Under the pieces are notes generated by a model. The model was not told the origin of the DNA, did no database searches, and was given only the letters and a program-made list of their open reading frames with translations. Shown piece after piece: positions 27,276-36,168 of a stretch of DNA of 64,000 nt. Each line of letters starts with the position of its first letter. The first letter of the stretch is position 1. The stretch comes from a virus. Where the stretch lies: IMG/VR virus record IMGVR_UViG_3300027747_004417; one strand, written 5' to 3'. The position numbers and the translations under genes were made by a program.

Positions 27276-28187
27276 ATGAATGACAAAAACTTTTATGGTG
27301 ATTTAAAAACTGATGTACTCGATCAAGCAGAAGTGTACCCTTATATTGAAGGTAAATATGGAGTATATTTTAATGGGTCTATTTTAAGCGATAGTCTTAC
27401 AAAAAGACATGGTACACAAAGCACCTTTAATGAAGTAGTTAGTAATAAAAAAACTAATTTACATTTAGATAAAGCCATTTATGGTGGATTGCTTCTTACT
27501 CATTATGGTCATTTTGTTTTCGAATCTTTATCTAGACTGTGGTACACTAGAATAGATAAAGATTCCCCAATAATATTTTGTTCAAAGCAAAAAGAGATTA
27601 AAAAATATCAAAAAGAAATTTTTGATATTTTAGGTATAAAGAACCATGTAATAATAGCAAAAGAGCCAATCGCCGTTAATGAACTCACAATGCCCACACC
27701 AGGGGCAAGAATAAGAGACTACTTATCAGAACATCACGAGAGCTTTTTAGCTTGCTGCCCGTATGTAGAAGAAAATGCAACAAGATGTATTTGGCTATCT
27801 AGATCTAGCTTAAAAAGATTTGTTCACAAAGTAAACAATGAAGATGAACTAGAAAAAGCACTTAAAAAAATTGGCTGGGAAATATTTAACCCACAAGATT
27901 TTTCTGTCGCTGAACAGGTCCAGATTTTGTCTGAGTCAAAGAGGATAGCTGGTTTTGTTGGATCCGCATTTCACACTTTATTATTGATCAAAAACTTCTC
28001 TGGACAAGTCATTATATTTCAACGCAATCCGCATAATGGCAATAAAAGAAAAATAAGCGAAACATACCATACAATAGCAAATACTAAGAAAATAAACCAA
28101 ACAGTTATAAGACCAGATATAGAGTTTATAAATCAAAAACAAAGTTTTATAAGAGACATTTCAACAATTATAAATGTATTAAAATAG
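27276..28187 (+). CDS. GT61 (DUF563) glycosyltransferase
   Basis: HYGHFVFESLSRLW, IWLSRS, PQDFSVAEQVQI, GSAFHTLL; start moved from 27237 to 27276. Confidence 0.82.
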   Translation: MNDKNFYGDLKTDVLDQAEVYPYIEGKYGVYFNGSILSDSLTKRHGTQSTFNEVVSNKKTNLHLDKAIYGGLLLTHYGHFVFESLSRLWYTRIDKDSPIIFCSKQKEIKKYQKEIFDILGIKNHVIIAKEPIAVNELTMPTPGARIRDYLSEHHESFLACCPYVEENATRCIWLSRSSLKRFVHKVNNEDELEKALKKIGWEIFNPQDFSVAEQVQILSESKRIAGFVGSAFHTLLLIKNFSGQVIIFQRNPHNGNKRKISETYHTIANTKKINQTVIRPDIEFINQKQSFIRDISTIINVLK

Positions 28188-28196
28188 AAAAAAATA

Positions 28197-29417
28197 ATGA
28201 TTAATATAAACCTAGTAAAAGAAAATGAATTAGAAAGGCTTGTTGACAATAAAGGGAATGTCACAAATAGGATATCTTTAAACAATAACAATCACAACAA
28301 AATAATTAAGATATCTCCTTGGCATCCTGAGCACTACTCTTCTATTATATTATACAAAGTAAAACTCTGGGCGGAAAAAAACAACGTAAGAGTTGTAGCT
28401 GAGGCTAATTCAAACTATTTGCCGGCCATTAGTCAGATAGCAGATGAGATTTACTTACAGGAGGTTGTTGGAAATAGGTATTTTGTAGACGCAACATGCA
28501 AAAAATGCAAGAATCCTATAAAACTGAAGAGCTTATTTTATTGTAAACAGTGCAACTTTGTTTATGACTATCCTAGTTGTCCTGTACATCAATCTAACTG
28601 CAAAAACTTTCGAGTAGGCTATTGCTCCTGTTGCAATGACTTTATAGATACAAATGGAATTTGTCCTGCTGCTACTAGCAATTGTGTTCGAAAGTGTTCT
28701 TTTTTTAAAAATGCTCCCGGTAAATTTGAGAATGTGCTTGTAGATTATACAAATCCCAACCTAGATAGATCTCTTGGTAATTCAAAAGGTGACTTTTTGA
28801 ATGTGGTAGCCGAACAAATATCTGACCAGGAGGTGGTTGAAAGGTTTGCATTCTCAAAAATTTATATATTAGAATCTGCTTACAAAAAGTTTTTGATTCA
28901 TAAGGATAGTTTAAGAAACAACGTAATAATGTTGCATACTAAAGCTGTTCATTACTCTATGTCTAGTTTCTTAGATAGTCACATCGTTTTGCCAACTGTA
29001 GATGTAGACTATCAAAAAGAGTTGATAGAAAAAGCTGGCTCTGATTATATGACTTTTCAACTTCTTGGTTCAATGTTTCTTAACTGGTTTTTTATTTGTC
29101 AAAGAGGGGCATCAAACATTCTTTGTATGTTACCTTTAAATAATATAGTTTTATGGGATGTGGTAAGTTATCCATACTCTAAAATAATAAGAGGACTAAA
29201 TGTAGCTAGGTTTGGTAGCGTTGCTGATAATGTTCCTCTATTAGAAAATTGTTACTTAATAAATGGAAAAAGAGTTGAACTATATGAGTATATAATAGAA
29301 AACAAAGAGCATATAAATAACTTTATAAAAGAGGTTTTAATTATAAATCAAGCTCGTATTAATCAAGGTAGTTGTAATTTTTATGAGAATTGTAATAAAT
29401 CACAACAACTACTATAA
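28197..29417 (+). CDS. Hypothetical protein with central Cys-rich segment
   Basis: Dense CxxC cluster in a 406-aa ORF inside the glycan cluster. Confidence 0.7.
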   Translation: MININLVKENELERLVDNKGNVTNRISLNNNNHNKIIKISPWHPEHYSSIILYKVKLWAEKNNVRVVAEANSNYLPAISQIADEIYLQEVVGNRYFVDATCKKCKNPIKLKSLFYCKQCNFVYDYPSCPVHQSNCKNFRVGYCSCCNDFIDTNGICPAATSNCVRKCSFFKNAPGKFENVLVDYTNPNLDRSLGNSKGDFLNVVAEQISDQEVVERFAFSKIYILESAYKKFLIHKDSLRNNVIMLHTKAVHYSMSSFLDSHIVLPTVDVDYQKELIEKAGSDYMTFQLLGSMFLNWFFICQRGASNILCMLPLNNIVLWDVVSYPYSKIIRGLNVARFGSVADNVPLLENCYLINGKRVELYEYIIENKEHINNFIKEVLIINQARINQGSCNFYENCNKSQQLL

Positions 29418-30129
29418 AGGTGCTTTAAGAATTCTTTTTGAGTCTTTGCTAAAAACAGGATTTTCAGATTTTGATAAAATAATATTGGTGCAAGCTAACA
29501 GCAACCAAGAAGAGCCACCTATAAAGAAGAACCTAAGTGAAATTTTACCTGGTTTAAAAGAAGACATAATCTTCATCCAGACGAAAATGAATAACTTTGA
29601 TTATAATGGATATCATGCCTTGTACAAATATAGAAGCAATTCTTTAGTCGAAGACATAGGCTACTTATATTTGTTAGACACTGTGACCTTCTGCAGGGAT
29701 TTTAAAGAAAGATACAAAACAATATGTGACGTTTCTGTAAAACCGGATCAAATAATAAGTTGCCCTTTGCCTAACTCCAACATATGTATTTTTGGTAGAG
29801 AAGTAATTAGCAACTACAAAGATAACTTTTTAAGACCCATTTCAAAGTCCCAAGCTATTTCTTTAGAACATAATAACCCCGTTTTTTTTGGTGATGGATT
29901 TAAAATGATGGGTTTGCCTAGTTTTGGCAACTTGTTTATAAGCGGTTATAGAAGATATCAAGGAGAAGAAGAAATATATAAAAAGGGTTTTTCAAGATAC
30001 AAGGTCTATTACCCTTACATAGGAATTTTTAAGTGGATTGGTAAAAGCCCAAGAGAGTCTTTAATAAATGATAAATCATCATCATATATAGAATATGGCG
30101 AACAGTACACAGACAAAAAATGGTTTTAG
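29383..30129 (+). CDS. Hypothetical protein, possibly glycosyltransferase-like
   Basis: N-terminal RIVINH, YLYLLDT; glycan cluster context. Confidence 0.5.
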   Translation: MRIVINHNNYYKGALRILFESLLKTGFSDFDKIILVQANSNQEEPPIKKNLSEILPGLKEDIIFIQTKMNNFDYNGYHALYKYRSNSLVEDIGYLYLLDTVTFCRDFKERYKTICDVSVKPDQIISCPLPNSNICIFGREVISNYKDNFLRPISKSQAISLEHNNPVFFGDGFKMMGLPSFGNLFISGYRRYQGEEEIYKKGFSRYKVYYPYIGIFKWIGKSPRESLINDKSSSYIEYGEQYTDKKWF

Positions 30130-30137
30130 GAGGTTTA

Positions 30138-30380
30138 ATGTATAGCTTAGAACAATTAACTGCTATTAAGGACAAAATATTAGCCGACAGGGTATCAATT
30201 AAAGAGTCGATTAAATTTGTTGTTCCTGATTTTGATTTGTTAGATCAAGAAGAGTACAAAAATATTTGTAGAGACTTGTTTGCTAACTTCAAAGAGCTCA
30301 GAAAAGAAGTTAAAATTATAGACCTTGAAATAAAGATAAAGAATTTGAATGATAAAATCGAAAAGATGAAAAACTCTTAA
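30138..30380 (+). CDS. Small coiled-coil hypothetical protein
   Basis: GGAGG RBS before ATG 30138. Confidence 0.7.
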   Translation: MYSLEQLTAIKDKILADRVSIKESIKFVVPDFDLLDQEEYKNICRDLFANFKELRKEVKIIDLEIKIKNLNDKIEKMKNS

Positions 30381-30700
30381 TTTTCTTTAAAATATAATTC
30401 TAAAGCAGAAGCATAAAATTTTTGATTCTGCTTACAAAATTTGATTCTAACTTGACAATAGTCTTTGCTTCTATATTCTATCCAAGAAGATTTTTCCTCT
30501 ATTCTCCACTTTAAATGATGGGGAATAAAAAGATTTTCTAAAGCAATGTTTTTTTTTAAGAACTCTATAGTAGGAATTTTCAATAACAATGCTTTGCTAT
30601 AACCTTTTGCGATTTTAAGCCTTCCTTTGGTAAAAAAAATTGTTTTTTCATCTCCAGCAATTGGCAACAAAATTCTATTGTTATATCTCAACTTACTCAT
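30377..30700 (-). CDS. Hypothetical protein
   Basis: 107-aa ORF. Confidence 0.65.
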   Translation of the reverse strand: MSKLRYNNRILLPIAGDEKTIFFTKGRLKIAKGYSKALLLKIPTIEFLKKNIALENLFIPHHLKWRIEEKSSWIEYRSKDYCQVRIKFCKQNQKFYASALELYFKEN

Positions 30701-30727
30701 TTTAAACTTTTTTCTCTAAATACATCT

Positions 30728-31081
30728 ATGGACAAACCTATACCAATACCAAAAAGAGCGTGCACTGGTACTCAAAGGATAACAAAGAATTATTTTTTGT
30801 CAATTCTGCCAAGCAGGCCAGATCCAACATATGTTATCGAAGTATCCACTGGACAGAAGATAAGAATTGACTCCATAAACAGTGTACGCGAACCTTTAAA
30901 CTTAAAGAATGGCCTATACAAGTACAAATATATGCCTATAGAAACTTATGAACCAAGAAAAATGCTTCTATCTCTAAAAGACAACGACTGGAGAATTTAT
31001 AGCTTTAATCCTCTCACAAGAGAGATATGCTTTTCTATAAAAGATCGTAAACTATCCTACACAGTCCCAGATTATTTCTGA
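30728..31081 (+). CDS. Hypothetical protein
   Basis: 117-aa ORF, TAAATA just upstream. Confidence 0.65.
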   Translation: MDKPIPIPKRACTGTQRITKNYFLSILPSRPDPTYVIEVSTGQKIRIDSINSVREPLNLKNGLYKYKYMPIETYEPRKMLLSLKDNDWRIYSFNPLTREICFSIKDRKLSYTVPDYF

Positions 31082-32325
31082 AAGTATCCTTTACTTCCCA
31101 GACAAACATTTGCATCATTGATTCTTTTTAGAGCAAGAACATAAGCAGCCGTCCTCGCAGGTACATTGTGTTTTGTGTAAAGCCCAAGGACTCTATCTGT
31201 AGCATAGTCCATCATATCCTTTAGATCGCTTTCTACTTTGTCTAAAGATCTAGATATTGCTGTTCTGTTTTGTAGCCATTCAAAATAGCTTACAACAACA
31301 CCTCCACCATTTGCAAGTATGTCTGGTACGACTAGAATATTTTTGTCATTTAATATCGAGTCTCCTTCGTTCGTTGTTGGACCATTAGCCATTTCTAAAA
31401 CTATTTTAGAGTTTATCTTGTTTGCTGTTTCTTTATTCAAAACATTCTCTATAGCCGCAGGAGCTAAAACATCAACGTCAAGTTCCCAAAGTTCTTCGTT
31501 GGTTATCTTTTCTCCTTCCCCCCAATCTTGACCTTGGCTTTGGTCTAGGGACTTCTTGCAAGACATTATATTAAGTCCATGTTTGTTATAAGCACCACCA
31601 TATTCATTCGTTATTGCAACCACCTTCATCCCAGATCTAAAACACTTCTCAGCAAGCCAATATCCAACTTTACCAAATCCTTGTATTGCAATTTTTATGT
31701 CTTCTGGGTTAGATGGAACTTCTTTTATTCCACTCTTTAGTATCTTTTCTAGAACATAGTATCCACCGTGCCCCGTGGCAGAGCTTCTGCCTTCTATTCC
31801 TCCTAAAGCAACAGGCTTTCCAGTTATGATGTCTTTTGGATGTCCGCCCTTTATCATCTTGTATTCTGAATACATCCATCCCATTATTCTTTCGTCTGTG
31901 TAAAGATCAGGTGCAGGAATATCAGAGTCGGGGCCTATGAAGTCGGCCATTGAAGCGATGTACTCTTTACTTATTCTTTCTAGCTCTCTGTTGGAGAGTT
32001 TTGTTGCATCAACACTTATTCCTCCTTTTGCCCCTCCATAAGGAAGTTTTAAACAGGCACACTTAAAGGTCATCCAAAAAGCAAGAGCTTCACAATGGTC
32101 TTGATTTACTGATGGATGATACCTTATGCCGCCTTTTGCTGGCCCTAAAGTAGTGTCATATTGGCACCTATAAGCTTTATACATTTTTAATGATCCGTCA
32201 TCGTGTCTCACCGGCAAAGAGACCGATAGGGTTTTTTGCGGATACTGCAACCTAAGCCAGCTTTCATCGTCTATTTGTGCGAATTTATAAGCTGCTTCTA
32301 GCTGTTTTTTTGCTTCTTCTAGCAT
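31072..32325 (-). CDS. gdhA: Glu/Leu/Phe/Val (glutamate) dehydrogenase
   Basis: GPAKGGIRYHP, GGAKGG, DIPAPD, ITGKP, IQGFGKVG, EMANGP, PDILANGGGVVVSYFEW. Confidence 0.95.
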   Translation of the reverse strand: MLEEAKKQLEAAYKFAQIDDESWLRLQYPQKTLSVSLPVRHDDGSLKMYKAYRCQYDTTLGPAKGGIRYHPSVNQDHCEALAFWMTFKCACLKLPYGGAKGGISVDATKLSNRELERISKEYIASMADFIGPDSDIPAPDLYTDERIMGWMYSEYKMIKGGHPKDIITGKPVALGGIEGRSSATGHGGYYVLEKILKSGIKEVPSNPEDIKIAIQGFGKVGYWLAEKCFRSGMKVVAITNEYGGAYNKHGLNIMSCKKSLDQSQGQDWGEGEKITNEELWELDVDVLAPAAIENVLNKETANKINSKIVLEMANGPTTNEGDSILNDKNILVVPDILANGGGVVVSYFEWLQNRTAISRSLDKVESDLKDMMDYATDRVLGLYTKHNVPARTAAYVLALKRINDANVCLGSKGYFQK

Positions 32326-32373
32326 AAATAAAGTACCCCTTGTTAAATTTATTAGAGTTATTTGGAGATAATA

Positions 32374-33741
32374 ATGAAAACATTCCTTGAAAGCTTGAAC
32401 ATAACCAAGAACACTAGACTATTAGAACAATTGATTTTAAAATTAGAGTACTTAGGAATAGACTCTAACGAATTCTTGGATTGGTACATAGAAGAAGGCA
32501 TCAATCTACAGAAAAAAGGTTTATTGATAGAAGGTTTTGATGATTGGGCCTTAAGAGAAGGTATTTGGGATAGTTTCAAAAGTAGATGGTTTGGAGGCAA
32601 AAGTTCAGGCCAGGGTCAAGACCACACAGACTCTTCAACAGTGCAAAGAATTAAAAACGCAGGAGAGAGGGCAGGCCAATTCGTCCACAACCAAGGTAAC
32701 CGCGTGGGAAAAGCACTTGGGTGGGCTAGAGACGCTTATAATAGTTTTAACAAAGGCGTACAAGGCGATAATTCAAATAACGTAGATAAGCATACTTCTA
32801 ATCCTTCTGTTGTAGAAAAAGCTAAAGAAGCTTTGTCTAATTTATCTAAAAGAATACAATATTCTAAACAGCTTCAGTCGATTCTAGGTCGTGACAATGA
32901 AAGTATTATACAGCTTTTAAATGCACTCCAAAGCGTCAAAGAATCTTTTGATATAAGAAATAAACTCATTTTTTTGAAGTCTAACGGTTTGGATGTAGAG
33001 CAACTGGTAGAGCTGTTTATACAAGAAAAATCGAATATCAACGAGGGAATAGAAGACTGGTTTGGAAAGGTTGGTGATTGGTTCAAGGGTCAATGGGCAA
33101 ATGTAAAACATGCTTGGAACACTTGGGGCGATGGCCAAGAGGGAGAAGCAGTAAGAAGAGACAAACAAGCTGTGGATAACGCTATGAATGCACTACAAGA
33201 CTTACAGCAAAATAGTAGCAACAATGAAGCCATTTCAAAATTTAAAGATACAATAAACCAAATAATTGATAAAATAAATTCGGCAAAGCAGGCTCTAAAT
33301 CAAACAGGAAGTGAGCCGCAAAACAAACCACAGTCTGCACCACAGCCTGCACAAAACCCAGGTCCAGCTTCAGCAGCTCCTGGAGTTACTGGAGTTACTG
33401 TTTCTTCCACAGCAGGAACGCCTTCCAATCAGGACGGTTCTTCTCAAAGTGGTTGGCTTGGTAGTGGCTCAAATCAAGACGGTTCTTCTCAAAGTGGTTG
33501 GCTTGGTAACAACTCCGGAGATGTACAACAAAATTATTTAGGAAAAACTCAAATGTACGGTCGCCAACCTAAGCCGGGAGTTAAAAAGCCTGCTGGGGGA
33601 TGGCCAAACCCAGGAACTGGTACTACAGATGTGGGCTCAGGAGTTCAAAATAGCTCAACAAACTATGACTCCGATGAAAACAAAAAGTTTCTAGAGTCTT
33701 TGCTACCAAAATCAAACAAGTTCTCTTGGTTTGGATATTAG
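32374..33741 (+). CDS. Putative internal head protein with duplicated modules and Gly/Ser/Gln-rich tail
   Basis: GGAG RBS before MKTFLESLN; repeated (L/I)xEG sites; low-complexity tail. Confidence 0.7.
   Translation: MKTFLESLNITKNTRLLEQLILKLEYLGIDSNEFLDWYIEEGINLQKKGLLIEGFDDWALREGIWDSFKSRWFGGKSSGQGQDHTDSSTVQRIKNAGERAGQFVHNQGNRVGKALGWARDAYNSFNKGVQGDNSNNVDKHTSNPSVVEKAKEALSNLSKRIQYSKQLQSILGRDNESIIQLLNALQSVKESFDIRNKLIFLKSNGLDVEQLVELFIQEKSNINEGIEDWFGKVGDWFKGQWANVKHAWNTWGDGQEGEAVRRDKQAVDNAMNALQDLQQNSSNNEAISKFKDTINQIIDKINSAKQALNQTGSEPQNKPQSAPQPAQNPGPASAAPGVTGVTVSSTAGTPSNQDGSSQSGWLGSGSNQDGSSQSGWLGNNSGDVQQNYLGKTQMYGRQPKPGVKKPAGGWPNPGTGTTDVGSGVQNSSTNYDSDENKKFLESLLPKSNKFSWFGY
33427..33507 (+). repeat. 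36-nt direct repeat (NQDGSSQSGWLG x2)
   Basis: 33427-33462 and 33472-33507 differ by one synonymous base. Confidence 0.95.
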
Positions 33742-33815
33742 TGAATGCTCCCACCCCCTAAAGGGAGTGGGCTTCTAAGACATTGCTGTCTAAAGAGTTC
33801 ATCTCTTATAATGAA
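33741..33815 (-). mobile_element. IS200/IS605-type right end / miniature non-autonomous element
   Basis: Minus strand ends AGAAGCCCACTCCCTTTAGGGGGTGGGAGCATTCAC (TTTA-loop hairpin plus terminal TCAC), preceded by a GCAA-tetraloop hairpin and a 7-bp stem; no tnpA/tnpB in window. Confidence 0.65.
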
Positions 33816-33989
33816 CTAAGACTTAAGCGTTTCTTTTAAGCCTAAAATTAAATAGTGCACGCAAATTGCAACAAGACATAAACAAGATAAAGCTTCTGTA
33901 ACTTTTAGTGAGTTGAATAGAAGAACACTTAAGTAAGCACAAGACAATATTGGCTGTATTGCGAATAAGAATAGCAATATTTTTGACAT
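33816..33989 (-). CDS. 57-aa two-TM membrane protein (not in ORF track)
   Basis: MSKILLFLFAIQPILSCAYLSVLLFNSLKVTEALSCLCLVAICVHYLILGLKETLKS, 15 nt after the lat stop. Confidence 0.55.
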   Translation of the reverse strand: MSKILLFLFAIQPILSCAYLSVLLFNSLKVTEALSCLCLVAICVHYLILGLKETLKS

Positions 33990-34004
33990 AAAGTATGTAT
34001 GTCT

Positions 34005-35276
34005 TCAAATACTGTTTTTAATATATTCTATAGCTTCATCTACATTTTGCTTTGTAAATATAAGGTGAGGTCTTAGTCTAATAGACTTTTTACCGCAGGG
34101 TAAAACAAGCATTTTTTCTCTTAGCTTCTTTAGAACTTCATCTCTTCTAGACGGAGTTTCTAAGTCGAAAGCAAGCATTAAACCTCTTCCCCTAACATTG
34201 TTAATCTCATCAACACCATTCAGCTTGTCTAGAAAGTAGCTGCCTACTGTGGAAGCGTTTTCTACTAGATTAAGTTCTTTAATTACACGTATTATCTTAG
34301 TAAATCTTAGCATGTCCACAACATTTCCACCCCATGTGGAGCTTATTCTGCTGGATTCATTGAACACATTATTATCTATATCTTCAATCCTGTTGGTAGA
34401 GGCAAAGCCGCAAACTTGTGTCTTTTTTCCGAATGATATCATGTCTGGAATAATTCCATAATGCTCATAGGCCCAAGTTGCACCAGTCAGACCAACTCCT
34501 GTCTGTACTTCGTCCAAAATTAGCAGACACTCATAGTCATCTGCCAATTTTCTGATAGCTTTAAAATATTCTGTTCTAAAGTGATTGTCACCTCCTTCAC
34601 CTTGAATTGTTTCCAGAACAATTGCTGCTACTAAGTTTGATTTAAGGGCTCTCTCTGTTTGAAGAAGACTGAGCTCCTCAACCAAGGATGCTTTGCTTTC
34701 TACCACAGGAAATTCTATCTTTGGATTTTTCACTCTTGTCCAATTAAACTTTGGAAAAAGAGCAGTCTTGTTTAGTACCGTGTTCGTTAAAGAGAGGCAG
34801 TATCCACTTCTTCCATGAAAGGCTTCCTCTAAGTGCACAACATCCATTTTATTTACTAGAAATTCTTTTGCACTATAATTTAGCCCCAGCTTTTTAGCTT
34901 TCCAGTCAAACGCACATTTAATTGCATTTTCTACTGCTAATGTTCCTCCGTCTATAAAGAACAGATGGTTAAAGTCAGGTGTAATTTTAGAAAACTCTTC
35001 TATAAAATTAGCATAAGTTTCTGTGTAAAAGTCACAATTAGCTATTTTGTTTAAGCAACAGAACTCTAACTCATCTGGACTTGCAAACATTAATTCCTTA
35101 AGTCTTGGATGATTCCAACCAAGAGGCATACTGGCATATTGTGATGCACAATCTAGATAAGAGGTTCCTGAAATTTTATCTACCAGATAAACGCCAGCAC
35201 TCCTTTTGGGGTCGATTACAACCTTTTCTCCATCACCTACTGTGTATTTGCAAATTATTTCGTGGACTCTATCCAT
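34005..35276 (-). CDS. lat: L-lysine 6-transaminase (class III PLP aminotransferase)
   Basis: SMPLGWNHP, GTLAVENAIKCAFDWK, AFHGRSGYCLSLTNT, IQGEGGDNHF, DEVQTG, FGKK, STWGG. Confidence 0.9.
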   Translation of the reverse strand: MDRVHEIICKYTVGDGEKVVIDPKRSAGVYLVDKISGTSYLDCASQYASMPLGWNHPRLKELMFASPDELEFCCLNKIANCDFYTETYANFIEEFSKITPDFNHLFFIDGGTLAVENAIKCAFDWKAKKLGLNYSAKEFLVNKMDVVHLEEAFHGRSGYCLSLTNTVLNKTALFPKFNWTRVKNPKIEFPVVESKASLVEELSLLQTERALKSNLVAAIVLETIQGEGGDNHFRTEYFKAIRKLADDYECLLILDEVQTGVGLTGATWAYEHYGIIPDMISFGKKTQVCGFASTNRIEDIDNNVFNESSRISSTWGGNVVDMLRFTKIIRVIKELNLVENASTVGSYFLDKLNGVDEINNVRGRGLMLAFDLETPSRRDEVLKKLREKMLVLPCGKKSIRLRPHLIFTKQNVDEAIEYIKNSI

Positions 35277-35587
35277 TAGATATAACCGTCCTTTATAGCC
35301 TTTTTAATATCATCTGCAGTTACTTTTCTACCAACAAAATCAGATACAGACTCTACAAAGTGCTTTTCAATATCTTTTTGTACTGCTTTCATATACATCG
35401 GTCCCATTCTCATTGCTTCTACCAAAGAGTTTATATCGACTTGCCAATCTAAGAGTTCTCCTCCTATGAATATGGCCTTTTCTATTCCCCCGCCTTTGGC
35501 TGGTCTTATTTTAACTTCAAAACTTTTTCTGCCCTCGAACTTTATTGTGTCTTCGTATTCGCTGGAATCTTTTTGTTCTTCTGTCAT
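35276..35587 (-). CDS. Hypothetical protein
   Basis: GGAGG RBS; stop overlaps lat start. Confidence 0.75.
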   Translation of the reverse strand: MTEEQKDSSEYEDTIKFEGRKSFEVKIRPAKGGGIEKAIFIGGELLDWQVDINSLVEAMRMGPMYMKAVQKDIEKHFVESVSDFVGRKVTADDIKKAIKDGYI

Positions 35588-35643
35588 TTATCCTCCAATC
35601 TTAATATAGTTATTTTTTTGAATGTTGAAATGGTAAATATATC

Positions 35644-36156
35644 ATGAATAAATTCCTAGAAAGTAGTTTTAAAGACTTGTATTCAAGTACTGTAAACGCT
35701 TTTCCGAAAACAACTAGAAGGCAACACGCTATAGACCCTATAAAAATTGTTAGGCTGGAATGGGTTCCATATGTTGGTCTCAAAACGTTGTTTATAAAAG
35801 GTTTAGCACAAAATACTGAAAACTCAAAGGAATATAACCCTATTCTGCTCTTTAAGAAAATAAACTATTCAAGCGTAAAGGGTAATAATTATATTGAAAT
35901 AAGAGACAACAATGGAAAGAACTACTTACTGGAAAAAATATCAGAAAACGACGTGCTAGTAAGGTGCAGTTGCAAGGACTTCCTTTGGAGAGGAAATTAC
36001 GCAGATCACCTTGATCACTCCCTATACGGCAGAAAAAGGACTGAGTACGCTTCTCAAACCAACAGACCTCCGGTGAATCCCAACAATGACCCTATGGTCT
36101 GCAAGCACGTTATCAAACTTTATAAGGTGATAGAACAATCTGGAATTATAAATTAA
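35644..36156 (+). CDS. SWIM-type zinc finger protein
   Basis: VRCSCKDF ... VCKH. Confidence 0.75.
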   Translation: MNKFLESSFKDLYSSTVNAFPKTTRRQHAIDPIKIVRLEWVPYVGLKTLFIKGLAQNTENSKEYNPILLFKKINYSSVKGNNYIEIRDNNGKNYLLEKISENDVLVRCSCKDFLWRGNYADHLDHSLYGRKRTEYASQTNRPPVNPNNDPMVCKHVIKLYKVIEQSGIIN

Positions 36157-36168
36157 TCAAGGAGGTTT

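Noticed and set aside
33823-34008. 61-aa track ORF as a TnpB C-terminal remnant
   Set aside because: No zinc-finger or RuvC-III (DxNAAxNI) motif; another frame gives a more protein-like two-TM peptide
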